A DNA stretch of 64,000 bases from Octopus sinensis (Eukaryota): NCBI RefSeq assembly GCF_006345805.1, contig NC_043001.1, positions 104,098,001-104,162,000 on the forward strand, given 5' to 3'. Below the pieces are notes generated by a model. That model saw only the letters and a list, made by a program, of their open reading frames with translations. It did no database searches and had not been told where the DNA came from. Positions 36,000 to 49,324 of the stretch are shown one piece after another. Position 1 is the first letter of the stretch. Each line of letters starts with the position of its first letter. The translations under genes were made by a program, and so were the position numbers.

Positions 36000-37097
36000 T
36001 GTGTGTGGTGTGTATGTGTGTGTGTTGAAAAATAAAACGAAGGGAATGCTAAGAGAACTATTTCATTGAGAAAAATAAAGACAGCATTTACATTTTTAAA
36101 TGAACAGCTACCGGTTTCGGTCGCTTAAGACGATATAGTCATGCTGAAATAAAATGAAAAATTGTAATTCGTTTCTTCCTGATTTTTGCTGGTCAGCCGC
36201 GGATTGCAGTTGTGGCCAGATAATGAATGTGGATACAAGTAGAGCTGTCAGTGAACCAATGCAGAAACAATGAAGCAGCGCACTTTATTCCATGCAACAT
36301 TTAATAAAGTCCCTTTGTGTTCTGAGATAAAATTTCATTTGCATTTAACGTAATCTATAAAAGAAGCACGTACTCTGACAAGACCTCATAACTTGGAAAC
36401 CGGACGAAATTATCCCGATTATAACTTCCCACCACAAATATGCTGCAGCAGCAACACACAGTTTAACCACTCCAAATTGTATAATGGTTTATCCTCGACA
36501 TCTATAATCCACTAAGAGCCATTGTGTAAATAAATGCGAATTCAAACTGCAACACTGAAGGACCACAAACGGCTTACACAAAATCCACCACACACTTTTC
36601 TTTTGACCATAAACTTTAGCGGAGCTTTCGACTCTTTTCTTCATTATCCACTTATACACAAGACACACAGCATTGTGTGTCAGAACGTGAATAAGTATGG
36701 CCAGTCCTTAACTTAGACGGAGGTAGCATAGCTGGAGCAGTGAATTTGACTTCTTAGGTGATACACATGTTTTGGTCATGGATGACCCGGAGCAATATAA
36801 TAACAACCAACAGCAACAGCAGCAGCAGCAGAGAAAGTAGGGGCTGCAGAGGTAGCGGTAGCAGCAGCGGCTCCCACCACGACCATCACCATCACTACCA
36901 TTATCGTCATCACCACGACCACCACACTGAAGTAACTGTTGTATTAAGAGACTATTGAGTATCATAAATATTTAGGTGAGAGGTGTATAGCAGAAATGAA
37001 CATCCAGCAAACCTAGCGGCATTTAATTAAACTTCTTATAACCATTTTTGGTTTCTAACAACAGACTTCTCGAATATCATGAAGATTGGTTCTCAGT

Positions 37098-37479
37098 CAC
37101 AAGATTTCGGATTTAGTCTTACTGCGTGGCACCTTGAGCAAGTGTCTTCTACTATAGCCTTGGGCAGATGATAGTCTGGTGATTGGATTTAGTAGGTAGA
37201 AACTCAAAGAAGCCCGTCGTATGTATGCATATATATATATATATGTATATATATATGTGTGTGTGTGTGTTTGTGTGTCTGTGTTTGTCCCCCTAGCATT
37301 GCTTGACAACCAATGCTGGTGTGTTTACGTCCCCTTCACTTAGCGGTTCGGCAAAAGAGACCGATAGAATAAGTACTGGGCTTACAAAGAATAAGACCCG
37401 GGGTCGATTTGCTCGACTAAAGGCGGTGCTCCAGCATGGCTGCAGTCAAATGACTGAAACAAGTAAAAGAGTAAAAGAG

Positions 37480-37480
<1 letters not shown>
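37098..37480 (+). mobile_element. SINE family B copy
   Basis: ctgcgtggcaccttgagcaagtgtcttctactatagcc...gcagtcaaatgactgaaacaagtaaaagagtaaaagag. Confidence 0.9.
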
Positions 37481-37544
<64 letters not shown>

Positions 37545-37553
<9 letters not shown>

Positions 37554-38237
37554 TTTGGATATGGTAGATAAGTTCAGCAAAAATTTAGGCTCAGATGAAT
37601 ATGGTACTTAAGTTGAGGCACCAGAATTTAGTACGGTATTATCCATACAATTTCAAAATGAGGTGATTAAAATCAAAATAAGCAACAAGGATATCCAGAG
37701 GTAATGCAGTACAATCGTTTCATCCAACTCCATTTAATTGAACAATGTAATCATTACATCAATTTAAAATGCAGAGCAATCCTCAGCTGCACAAAGACAT
37801 TAAATTAAAACAGATGGACACATTAGTATAATTATACCTAAAAATCTCCAAGAAGTTAAGGAGATAGACAAAGAACATGCTGCCTTCACTCCAGCATAGA
37901 AGCTATTAAGGTATCAAGAAGATATACATTGTTACAGACTCTGCCTGTCACTGATATTTGTTTTTATGGGGTCAGTTTTTAATTTATAGACTGTTAGGAG
38001 TAGGGCTGAGGGAGCAGACAGAAATCATAGTTGGTATAGTCATAAAAATCAAGATTTATTAGAAAACTTAAAACAAGATGTTAGCTGACAATTAAGGTGG
38101 TCGCCCACTAGCAGACATTTGGTACTGAAACAGGGGAAATCCTATCATGTAGTACTAAAGTTAAAATATTTGCATTGTTCAATTAAATGGAGTTGCATGA
38201 AACGATCGTACTGCATTACCTCTGGATATCCTTGTTG

Positions 38238-38240
<3 letters not shown>
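37545..38240 (-). mobile_element. PLE 3' end (minus strand) with hammerhead and a partial inverted pLTR copy at 38172-38240
   Basis: Minus strand ends ORF-like *PHKNKYQ* (cf. CRHxNKY); 37678-37748 is the reverse complement of 38172-38240; flanked by TA runs. Confidence 0.65.
37704..37792 (-). ncRNA. Type I hammerhead ribozyme with long stem II
   Basis: Stem I GUGCAG/CUGCAU; CUGAGGA; ~58-nt stem II domain; GAAAC-GAUU-GUA. Confidence 0.65.
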
Positions 38241-38280
<40 letters not shown>

Positions 38281-38282
<2 letters not shown>

Positions 38283-38445
38283 AATGTAGCCACATGTGAA
38301 TCGTTGGCGATTTTCTTCCTCCGTCTTCCCTTCTATTGGACTGTCCTCTGTTTCCGAAGAAGAGCGTTCTGTTCGAAACGTTAAACCATCTTTCTTTTCT
38401 TTCCTGAGAGTCTGCTAATACATTACATTACCACGTCCTCGCGTT
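38281..38445 (+). mobile_element. Family D element copy with mutated hammerhead core
   Basis: GUUU-CCGAAGA-A-GAGC..GUUC-GAAAC-GUU-AAAC at 38350-38386 (U4C). Confidence 0.65.
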
Positions 38446-38544
38446 TTGTGTGTGTATGTGTGTGTGTATGTGTGTGTGTGTGTATGTGTGTGTGCGTGTA
38501 TGTGTGTGTGTGTGAGTTTGTTCTTTTGGGGATTTACTATATAT

Positions 38545-38735
38545 ATAGCTGTTGTTTACGTCCACGTAATTTAGCGGCTCGGCAAGAAGAAGTCAATAGG
38601 ATGAGTAATATTTTTTTTAGATAAGTACTGGGGTCGATTTCTTCGACTAAACTTTTCAAGGCAGTGTTCCAGCATGGTCACAATCTAATGACTGAAGCAA
38701 GTAAAAGGTAGTTGTTGTCCAGTCCTCGTCAGCGA

Positions 38736-38770
<35 letters not shown>

Positions 38771-38781
38771 TACAGACAGAC

Positions 38782-38840
<59 letters not shown>

Positions 38841-39062
38841 CAGACAGACATACACATACATACATTTTTGTGTCCCCCCCAAACACACCATCGCTTGACA
38901 ACCGATATTGGTGTGTTTACGTCCTGGTAACGTAGCAGTTTGGCAAAAGAGACCGATAGAATAAATAGTAGGCTTACGAAGAATAAATCCTGGGATCGAT
39001 TTGTTCGACTAAAGGCGGTGTTCTAGCATGGCCGCAGTCAAATGACTGGAAGAATGCAAGAA
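38545..39062 (+). mobile_element. Two SINE family B 3' parts (38545-38706, 38865-39062) separated by (CAGA)n/(TAGA)n
   Basis: Each has gtttacgtcc..tagc.g.t.ggca and gcatggcc.ca.tc.aatgactg. Confidence 0.8.
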
Positions 39063-39073
39063 TACATACATAC

Positions 39074-39331
<258 letters not shown>

Positions 39332-40164
39332 CGAAATGGGGTGGTAAAGCGAACAGTAGCAAGAGTAGAAAAACTTGCTATCAGCTTAGTTTTCCTTTAT
39401 TAATCACCGGCGGTTTGCTTCGAACGGCAAATGTCTCTGAAGAGAAACATTAGGCTATCAACGACCATGATTTATAAAAGAGTAATTTGAAACCGTTTAA
39501 TTTAGAAAATTGAAATAATATTATGTGGAAGAAGCCCGGCGAATACTCACAGCCAACACCAGCGCTAACGTCTGCGTCAACGAAACAGCAACTACGACGA
39601 CAACATGAACAACAGCAGCAAAGCAACAGTAACTCGTAGATCTGTTCGGCCGAAGCTGACCGGATCTACATGGCAACAGCAACAAGAGCAACTCCAAGAA
39701 AAGCAGCAGCGATATCGAATGGTGTCCGGTTTCGTTCGTTAAGAAATTGGGTGTAACTGTATCTTGAAATGATGATGTTAAACGTGATGAGGTAATTAGA
39801 AATTTTCTTCGATTGCGTGGTAACATATAACAAATAATAATAATTTATTATTTAGAAAGAAGTATTGAGGTTTCCTACCATAAACAAGGGATGTAAAGCA
39901 AAAAAATAACAAAACAATACAATGGGAAAAAAATTATAAAACAGGAGTAAATGTGGTTTGAGGCTTTAAAGAAACAGGAAGGATGAAGAGTTCTGCAGCT
40001 CGGACAGTTGTCCATCGACCAAGAAAGAAACAAATTGTTTTCGAAGGAAAAGAAACGAAATAAATCTTTTAAGTAGAACCTCATGCCATGAACGATTTCT
40101 TAAAGAACTGCAGTCCGAGCCATCGAATGTTTCTTACTTTCTAATTATCACATCCGTTTTACTC

Positions 40165-40580
40165 TTTTACTCTTTTACTTGTTTCAGTAATTTGACTGTG
40201 GCCATGCTAGAGCACAGCCTGTAGTCGAGCATATCGGCATCAGGACTTATTCTTTGTAAGCCTAGTACTTATTTTACCGAACTGCTAAGATACGGGGACT
40301 TAAACACGCCAACATCGGTTGTGAAGCGATGTTGGGGTGACAAACACAGACACACAAACATATATACACACATACACACACATGTATATATATACACATA
40401 TATAAAAATATATACGACGGGCTTCTTTCGGTTTCCGTCTGCCAAATCCTCTCACAAGGCTTTGATCGGCCCGAGGCTATAGTAGAAGACACTTGCCCAA
40501 GCTTCCACGCAGTGGGACTGAACCCGGAATCATGTGGTTGGGAAGCAAGCTACTTACCACACAGCCACTCCTACGCCTAG
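40165..40580 (-). mobile_element. SINE family B full-length copy
   Basis: Reverse complement of the family B pattern (gggactgaacccggaa..gcaagctacttaccacacagccactcc). Confidence 0.9.
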
Positions 40581-40789
40581 TCTTCATTGTTTCTTACCAT
40601 GATATAACAGAATTTTGTTTCATCTCACTGGCAAGAATGTCAACGAAGTATACATACATACATACATACATACATACATACATACACACATACATACATA
40701 CATACATACATACATACATACATACATACATACATACATACATACATTCAACGTAGCATCAGATGAAAGGATGAGCGTGTATCAGCAGA

Positions 40790-41352
40790 AGACCATGCGT
40801 GGATATTTTGGCAGAAAGCTCCGGGATGATAGAAACATTCATAATCAAATCAGTCTACCGTGGACCAACAACCGGATTACTAACATCCTCTCCATGTGGC
40901 CAAACCACCTCAAAATTCGTCTATCCATTTTGGTTGTTATTTTTCTCTCATTCCTGCTCGCCTTCGCACCTTCTCATTCCTCATTCTTTCCACCCGTGTC
41001 ACACCAACCATAGCCCTCAAACATCCCATCTCAAACACATTTAGTCGCCTCCTTTCCACATCTCTCAGAATCCACGGCTCTGCGCCATATAACATTGTCG
41101 GCACAATCACGCCCTCATACACACCTCTTTTCGCCTTCATACTCACCACACCATCCATATGTAAATTAAACAGCCAGGGAGACATCACACAACCTTGTCT
41201 TAATCCCACCTTCACATCAAACCACTCACTTACTTCACCACCCACACTAACGCACGCCCTACTTTCTCTATAAAAACTCTGAACAGCTCTCAACAATCTT
41301 CCATTTACTCCATACAACCGCCGCAGCACCTGCCACATTGCATCCCTATCCA
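40790..41352 (-). pseudogene. RTE-clade LINE RT fragment with internal deletion
   Basis: DRDAMWQVLR..YGVNGRLL..GLRQGCVMSPWLFNLHMDGVV|SMKAKRGVYEGVIVPTMLYGAEPW..RWFGHMERM; FADD motif absent. Confidence 0.88.
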
Positions 41353-41954
41353 CTCGGGATAGGACGCAGTTTATAGTCCTGAAATATGACTATAAGCTAC
41401 ATCCAGTAGTGGGACCCTGGGGCCCTGGTTTCAGGGTTTGAAGCGTATGGAACCACCTCTTAACCATTATTGTTCCCATGTCTACTCTGGCCCGGAGTGG
41501 TAGCACCTGTAAGGGTCCCAGCTATGGGTTAACTAGCATAACCCCACTGCGACTACAATCGCCGTAGTCCCTGTGTGGCGATTGGGATTGGGAATCATTT
41601 CCTCCTAGTAAATCCATATTCCTAAAAAGACGACAAGAAAAGACAAGGGTGGGAGAAGATTTAAATCAAACTTTATTAAATACAATATAACTATGTATTA
41701 TTGTGTGTTTTTAGTTCCCATTTCAGAAAGCAACTCTACCATTAATTTTACTAAATGTGAACCGTTTCTCTAGAATTTTCTTATTACGTTCAAGTAATTT
41801 CGTAATACAGCTCTGAAAATTTCTAAACTTATTTAATCTGACGATTATACCGATCATGAGTAAACCTCAGATATTAATGTACAAATGAGTGACACATGAA
41901 ATTAATCCCTAAAAGGAAAAACTAAATATTGTCAGACAGGTATTTAGCCTGATA

Positions 41955-42189
41955 CAGTAATCCCTCGAATATCGCGGGGTTTACGTTCCAAAAACCCTTC
42001 GCGATAAGTGAAAATCCGCTAAGTAAAAACAATACTGTACTGTATATGTTTTTTTATTTTTATAATTTGTATATATTTATTTTATTTTAAATGCAAAACA
42101 ACACCACGGAGTAATCGACGTAAGCTTAAATCATAAACTGCGATAGGTGAACCGCGATAGATGAACCGCGATATGGCAAGGAATTGCTG
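41955..42189. mobile_element. Tigger/pogo-type MITE
   Basis: TIRs CAGTAATCCCTCGAATATCGCGG / CCGCGATATGGCAAGGAATTGCTG, TA on both sides. Confidence 0.75.
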
Positions 42190-42579
42190 TACTCCCTCAA
42201 GACACACACAGAAAAGTAGACTCGACGTGAGCAGTCTTATATTTAGCATGAGAAACTACTAATTGAATATACGGTGGTTGTTGATTCGGTATCAATACCC
42301 ATAACTATCATCTTTGTTAAGTAACTGGTTGGTCTTCTAATCGCAATCATTGAAGAAATCTTTGAAAAAATCGTAATGGCCGTCGTCTCAAACTTAAATT
42401 TAACCTGTTAAGAATTCACTACAAAGGTGGTGGCTGGACATAGCAAAAACACAACTGGAGATGAATGGAAGGAAGATATCTATGAAGAATACAAAATGCT
42501 TTTAGTTGTGGTTATATAGAAAATATATTTTTCGTGGAACCATGAACTCTAAAGTGACCTATTTAACTGTTTTATAGCC

Positions 42580-42795
42580 TTTTCTACTAGAGGCACAAGA
42601 TCTAGTATTTTGGGGGATGGGGCAAGTCGATTATATCAACCCCAGTGTTTGGCTAATACTTATATTGCATCAACTCCGAAAGGATGAAAGGCAAAGTCGA
42701 CCTCGGCGGAGTTTGAACTCAGAACATAAAAACGGACGAAATGCCGCCAAACATTTTGTCCAACCTACCAATGATTCTGCGAACAGGCCGCCTTT
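42580..42795 (-). mobile_element. SINE family A copy (tail type 2)
   Basis: aaggatgaaaggcaaagtcgacctcggcggagtttgaactcagaac. Confidence 0.85.
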
Positions 42796-43220
42796 TACTG
42801 ATTTCTAATGGCCGAACAAGGTCCCTCTGCTGCCTAATCGAAAAAATGTAAACGTACTTGGTCGATTTCACCTGCAACTCTGTTGCGTGACATTAAACAA
42901 GTTCACCAACGAACATTTGTTGAACGCCGGAGAAAAGTCGATTATTGCAATTTTAGAACAGAAGTTTATTTCCCGGCGTTTGAAAGCTGCACAAATAAAA
43001 CCACATAGACGTTGACACCATGTGACTCAACAAACCATATTCCTGCTGCCTCTGTGTTATCTGGCCGTCGGACTGGATGGTCACAACGAGGTATAAGCGA
43101 ACAAAACAACAACAGTATCCATCATAAAAATATATTCCAATGTGAAAAAGCGAGAAATATAAAGAACTGGTATGTATTCTTGGAAAATGGTTATCCCTTT
43201 GCAGAAAAGATTAGACAAGA

Positions 43221-43450
43221 AGGCGGCGAGCTGGCAGAAGCGTTAGGACGCCGGGCGAAATACTTTGCGGTATTTCGTCCGCCGCTACGTTCTGAGTTCA
43301 AATTCCGCCGAGGTCGACTTTGCCTTTCATCCTTTCGGGGTCGATTAAATAAGTACCAGTTACGCACTGGGGTCGATATAATCGACTTAATCCCTTTGTC
43401 TGTCCTTGTTTGTCCCCTCTATGTTTAGCCCCTTGTCGGCAATAAGAAAA
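43221..43450 (+). mobile_element. SINE family A full-length copy (tail type 1)
   Basis: aggcggcgagctggcagaag..gagttcaaattccgccgaggtcgac..ttgtcccctctatgtttagccccttgtcggcaataagaaaa. Confidence 0.92.
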
Positions 43451-43649
43451 GACTAGACGTGACTAAGATTAATACGAATCCAAACGAATTGATAATAGCG
43501 AAATCGAAAGTGGATATTTACAACAGACCCTTCGTTTTCGTTAATACATATTTGTTTATAAACCCTCTCAACTACTGTAAATCAGAACTCTGAAGATATT
43601 GAAAAAGTAAACAAAAGCAAAACAAATAAAAGGTACCATGACGGATTAG

Positions 43650-44130
43650 GAACATTGGGGAAAATGGTTTATTTGCGAACAAATAGCTACACTCCACACT
43701 TGCAAAGAATTAATAAAACTGAAACAAGCCCTGGAGATAGTAAAAAGAGAACGCTTGAACACAAATCAATTACCCTTAAATAGGAGTTAAAAACTGTCAG
43801 AGGAAATCTCCAACATCAGAAGAGAGCAGCTGAGGGAAGGATAATTAGCAAGAAATTAATTTAATCGAAACCAATCAGTCGTTTAGAGATACGAGGGAGA
43901 CAATCAATAAATTCACAAAAGCTTTTTCTCAGAAAGATATGGATTCTTTCTGGAGAAGAATCTGGTGTTAGGAAAAGTAATTCAAACGGAAATCCTTGTG
44001 GCTAGAAGAAATCCGAAAGAAGTATTGTCCTTGTACCACAACACAAAAATACTGCCTCAACGGTAAAACCCTTCAAACTGTGATACAGGATATCGGATAA
44101 ATAGTCAGGCTATTGATGTTGCCAGATGGT
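43650..44130 (+). pseudogene. Possible R4/Dong-like LINE pre-RT region remnant
   Basis: DMDSFWRRIW...SLWLEEIRKKYC..Y.LNGKTLQTVI resembles the FWxxIW..WL motif upstream of RT in REL-type LINEs. Confidence 0.4.
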
Positions 44131-44294
44131 TTTCGAGTTCTCCCACGTTTTTCAATCATGCAGGAACATTGAATGTCGTACCCAGCTCAAGGCTGTTCAT
44201 ACCACTTATTCGTGCCGTATTCTTTGAGCTGGTTCACAAGTACAATGTGCTAAGTTGCTGTTTCTGTCCTTTTGTAGGTTAACCTATACCTATT

Positions 44295-44522
44295 TCTTTA
44301 TTACCCACAAGGGGCTAAACACAGAAGGGACAAACAAGGACAGACATAGGTATTAAGTCGATTACATCGACCCCAATGCGTAACTGGTACTTAATTTATC
44401 GACCCCGAAAGGATGAAAGGCAAAGTCGACCTCGGCGGAATTTGAACTCACAACGTAACGCAGACGAAATACCGCTAAACATTTCGCCCGGCGTGCGAAC
44501 GTTTCTGCCAGCTCGCCGCCTT
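44295..44522 (-). mobile_element. SINE family A full-length copy (tail type 1)
   Basis: cccacaaggggctaaacacagaagggacaaacaaggac...gccagctcgccgcc. Confidence 0.92.
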
Positions 44523-47159
44523 TTCGAGGTTAACCTATACCGTTCGATTTTCTCGGCAAAAGGGACAAGGTAACTGAAAACATAAACTGCATTGGAGAGA
44601 GAGTGTCACTCTGAAATGTACAAATGCGATCTGCGTCCTATGAATGACAATGTGTTGCAACTCAGAACACAGATGAGATGTCTGTGGCCTGGACTATGGC
44701 GTCTCGAACATCAGCAAAGTGGAAGGAACGCAAGCACCCACGAATGGATCGAATATTTTCTCCTAATCCTTTCGGGTAAACAGAAAAGGAAAAAAAACCT
44801 ATGCTATGTTAATAAATAAATCTTCAATTGCTCCAGCTGGACAATAGCTTTAGATTTCTACCGATGGTGAATGGATATGTATCTGCTTCAGCGTGAAACT
44901 TAAGAATTGAGACTTCACAGACTAGAAAGGACGCGGTTAATTCGTAAATTTCAACTACAAACCGTGAAAGATTCTGGGAAAATAGGAAAAACATTCCAGA
45001 AGATTAGCGTGTAATAAGAGCCAATACAAACACATACGCAAAGCCATGCACACATAAGCAGACACGTACGGATCTACACATTGTATGACATCCATGCTTG
45101 CACACATGCATACATGTACACATGCATTCGTACATACATGCTCACATACATGCATATATACGAACCTACATGCATATACATGCATGCGCACACACACACA
45201 CACGACTACCCCGTTGATGCTAAGTCCCAATGAACGTTCTTGTTTCATCATCATCATCATCGCCATGTAATGTCACGCTTTCCATGCTGACATAGCTTGG
45301 ACGGTTTGATTGGGTTGCAGCAGTCTGCAACCGTCTGTGTTGGCAAGGTTTCTGCAGCTGGAAGGCCTTCCTAATGCCGACCACTTTACAGAGCTCTTTC
45401 ACCAGGAGTGAGAAATTCGAAATCTAAAACCCAAAAGAACGCACTGACGCATCCAAACAGAAGGCAACACCAGAGACTCCTGGAGGAGAGGACCGAGTAT
45501 TAGAATGGCGTCTATATGCGACTGATATTTACTCTTATTGACTCCGTGTGGATAAAGAAACTAACCGTGTCTGGGATTTGAACTTAGAAGGTAATCAAAC
45601 AAGACTAAACACCGCAAGGTAAGGTATTCAACTTGGTAAACCATTGATTCTGTTAGACGCGTATGACTCTCAACTATTTCTTACCTCATGGTTACTATTT
45701 TCCTCCACTAAACCCTCTTAGCCATTCGATATTCAACAAATCCTATTGTTTTGTTTTTGTAATTGAAAACTATTAGGAATTGTATAAAAAGAAATTCTTA
45801 AAATATTTTGTTTTAATGTAGAAATATATCTGATTTATTGTCCATAAACTTTAACAATAAAATCTTATGTAGACCCTAAAGTTGAGAATCACTGGTTGAG
45901 AATCACTGTTAGTAGATTGCCCTATCAATAATATTTTGATCTCCCTGGGTCAATTTTGTTAGGGCTGTTTCTACAGAAATTATAGCCAGCACTGAGTTTT
46001 TGCTACAACGTTTCGTATCGAAATGTAAACAAACAATGAGATCGAAGACAAAAATGAGTAATGAGCGTATATACCATACATCGGGGAGATTTTTGCCCCT
46101 TCATCAGCTCCCATCTAATCCACTCTCGCCTCCGAACACATTACTTATAGAGCCACCGCATATAGCAGTGCTTACATCTGACATCTCGATACGAAATATT
46201 GTAGTAAGAAATCAGTGCTGGCTTTTAATTTCTGTAGAAATAACCTTTAAAAAATATTGTAAAAAGCACTGCTAACACAGTAGGACGTGGTGTTGACTTA
46301 TAAAAACATTCAATATACTTTATGGTGTGTAATGGTTGCATAACGAAATACCACACACACCTATAAGCCATTAATCCCTGGGTTAAGTTCTCCATTTATT
46401 TATTTTTTTGTAGATAAGGTTTTTAAGATTCATAATCGCAATTCCACACCCAGGCTTTTATATTTTAAGTTTCGTTCTATTTATTAACGCAAGTATTTAT
46501 ATATTTCCCACCTCACAAAACACCATTCCTTCTGTGTTAAATCTTGTTACTAATTTCATTGCAGTCAATTTCTTTTCTTTTTCACATCTCCGACAGTTTC
46601 GTTGTCCAGAAAATTTTCGATTAAAAATAATTTGTAACTTGATTGAAAATCTTGAAATTTTCCAACGAAAAATTACTAAGTTGTGTTAAGACGGAGCCGA
46701 CTAGTGCGAAGCAAAGAGGCATACATTTATCTATAACTGAGTGGAGAGATTCCGCTCTACCAGTTACATCTCGATTTCCTTTGTGAAATAGAAATTTTTC
46801 ATGCATAACTTACCTTGGAAAATGTTTCATATGAAAAATCACTAAAAACAAACAGCCGTACAAAGTGATTAATTCTCTGTAGTGAGGGTAAAGCGGTGGA
46901 GAGTTTCAAAGTTTGAGACGGTGAACCTTCGTCATGGAAAAAAAAATCATAAAGAAAAAGGAAACGGGGCTGGGGAAAGAAGCGAATGTTCCACGATGTT
47001 TCTATAATGGAAATTCGATGTTTGGGTGTAAACCGACAGAAGTGGTTACAACGGAATGTTTTACAGCAGAAGCGAGGAATGGTGGGTGAGGAGTCAAGGG
47101 AGAAAATGAGTGAGGACATTGTTGCCTGAGGATGGTTTAGAGAGAAACAGAGAGAAATG

Positions 47160-47203
<44 letters not shown>

Positions 47204-47209
47204 TGTGTG

Positions 47210-47283
<74 letters not shown>

Positions 47284-47333
47284 GCGTGTTTATGGCTTGA
47301 AAAATGGTAAAACGCGAGAATTTCTTCTTTGAA

Positions 47334-47580
47334 CAGGTTGCGCAAAAGTAGGTATACAATAAGTTTCACATCAATGTTTGTTATAATATTTAATTCTTTA
47401 AAATTATTAGCACATTGAATTAGCCTTATTTTTGGGCATTTTCTGTCATTAATCATAATACATTTATCATAACTATAATAATACTTTTATCGTAACTTTT
47501 ATTTTGTTGATAAAAATAAATGAGTATTGTACGTAATTTTGTTTTTTTCATAGCTGTATACCTACTTTTGCGCCACCCTG
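47334..47580. mobile_element. Tc1/mariner-type MITE
   Basis: TIRs CAGG-TTGCGCAAAAGTAGGTATACA / TGTATACCTACTTTTGCGCCACCCTG followed by TA. Confidence 0.75.
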
Positions 47581-49324
47581 TATATATGTAGATGTGCGCT
47601 TCGGTAATTATGTGTGCGTATGAAGCTATGTGTTATGAGAGTATGTTTAGTAGATATGAATGGTGTGTAATGTTGTGAATGGATACAAGACAGGTTGAGT
47701 GAAGTGTTTGTGTGTGTGAGTGTGGAGAGACTGGTGGGAAGGTGTGGTGTGCATAGGAAGTAAGGGATGTAAAACCTAAGACAAACGATACAAGAGTTGG
47801 GTTGGTCACAGCTAAAGAAGGTGACCCCTGCACAATCGTATGCCTGGCGACATTTTAACTTTAAAAGAGTCCAGAGAAATCGGTTCATTGGAAGAGTTTG
47901 CTGATTTCTGCACAGAAACGGTTCACTCAGCCGAACTGAGCAACCGTTCCGATTTGGTTTAGAAACACTGTTTCTTTTACATCACACGACCTACCATTTT
48001 CTTTCTATCTATTTATCGATCTATCTATCTATCTAACTATCTATCTATCTATCTATCTACTTATCTATCTATCTATCTATTTATCTATCTATCTATCTGT
48101 TTGTTTATTTATCTATCTATTTATCTATATATATATATATATATCTGTGGCATGCACACACACATACATATACACGCACACCTAACATTGTACTCCATAC
48201 ACAAATACACAACAGCGCGCACACACACACACACACCTTCACATGCACACACACACACAATAGACTTAGATTGAAAAATATCCTCGCTTTTTATTTCCCT
48301 CTCACTCGATAAATGCGTGAGCGTATATTCACGTACATGCACACACACACATACACATGCACACCTGACATTGTAGTGCATATGCAAATACACAACAGCA
48401 CACTCACACCTTCACATGAATACACACACACACACGAGCACATCTATAGACACAAGCCTTTTATCTCCCCTCACCGAAAAATTGTCTTCCCACTGGAAAA
48501 CCCCATTCTGTTATAACTCATACGTACAACCCATATTTTCTTCTATCCACACATGCCAAATACGCACTCATTCCCAACCACCACACAAAAGTGCCCGTAT
48601 GACTAACCTTACACACTCAACATTTATATACACGCACTTATATACATTTACTTAAACACTCACACACACACACACACACACATCAGTGTTTTCGTCCAAT
48701 GTCTCCCATAACAAAATCCTTCTGGTGCAGAAAAACTACATTCCGTATAAAATATTTCCAAAAGTTAATCTTCAACAAGCGATGTCCACGAAAGCAAAAT
48801 CTCAGAAATTTCGCCTGCTTTTTTTTTTCTCCATTTCCACCTTAAATTTTATTCTTGGCAAAAAAAGGCCCACTGTCCGAAACGTCGACATACCTTCTAT
48901 TTATTTCTTTACTGTATAAAACTAACTACTTTTTAGTCCTGTTTGCTTTTATTGCTTTCTGTTTGAAACCTTTTAAATATCATTTCCATACTGGCACAAA
49001 TCTTACTTCTTCACAACCTTCCATTGAACATATAACATAGCATTCACTTCGCGCCGTCCAATTTACTGCAGAGTTAAAAGATTGGGGACATCTGGTGAGC
49101 TTGCACTCTAATGGCTTTTGTTCTGGTCGCAGTCGTTGCTAATAACATTCGTGCCTAATGTTTCCATTATTTATTTATTCATTCGTGTAAATATTATTTA
49201 TTTATATATTTGTACCGTTGCCGTTAATATTGTCTTAGACTTTTAGGTGGGTGTTTTTTTTTTCTTTTATCGCTTTATATTCACAATAACAATTGCGATG
49301 CTGCTGCGATGTAACGATTTTAAC

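Noticed and set aside
41500-41600. Possible HDV-like ribozyme (GUCCCAG...GGCGAUUGGGAU) and a 15-nt match to the T7 terminator (41531-41545)
   Set aside because: L3 would be 11 nt and no consistent P1/P1.1 could be formed; the T7-like 15-mer lacks the rest of the terminator and is treated as chance.
48855-48892. GGC..UCC-GAAAC-GUC-GACAUA, the 3' half of an HHR
   Set aside because: The upstream core reads GCAAAAA with no stem I partner, so it is non-functional if real.
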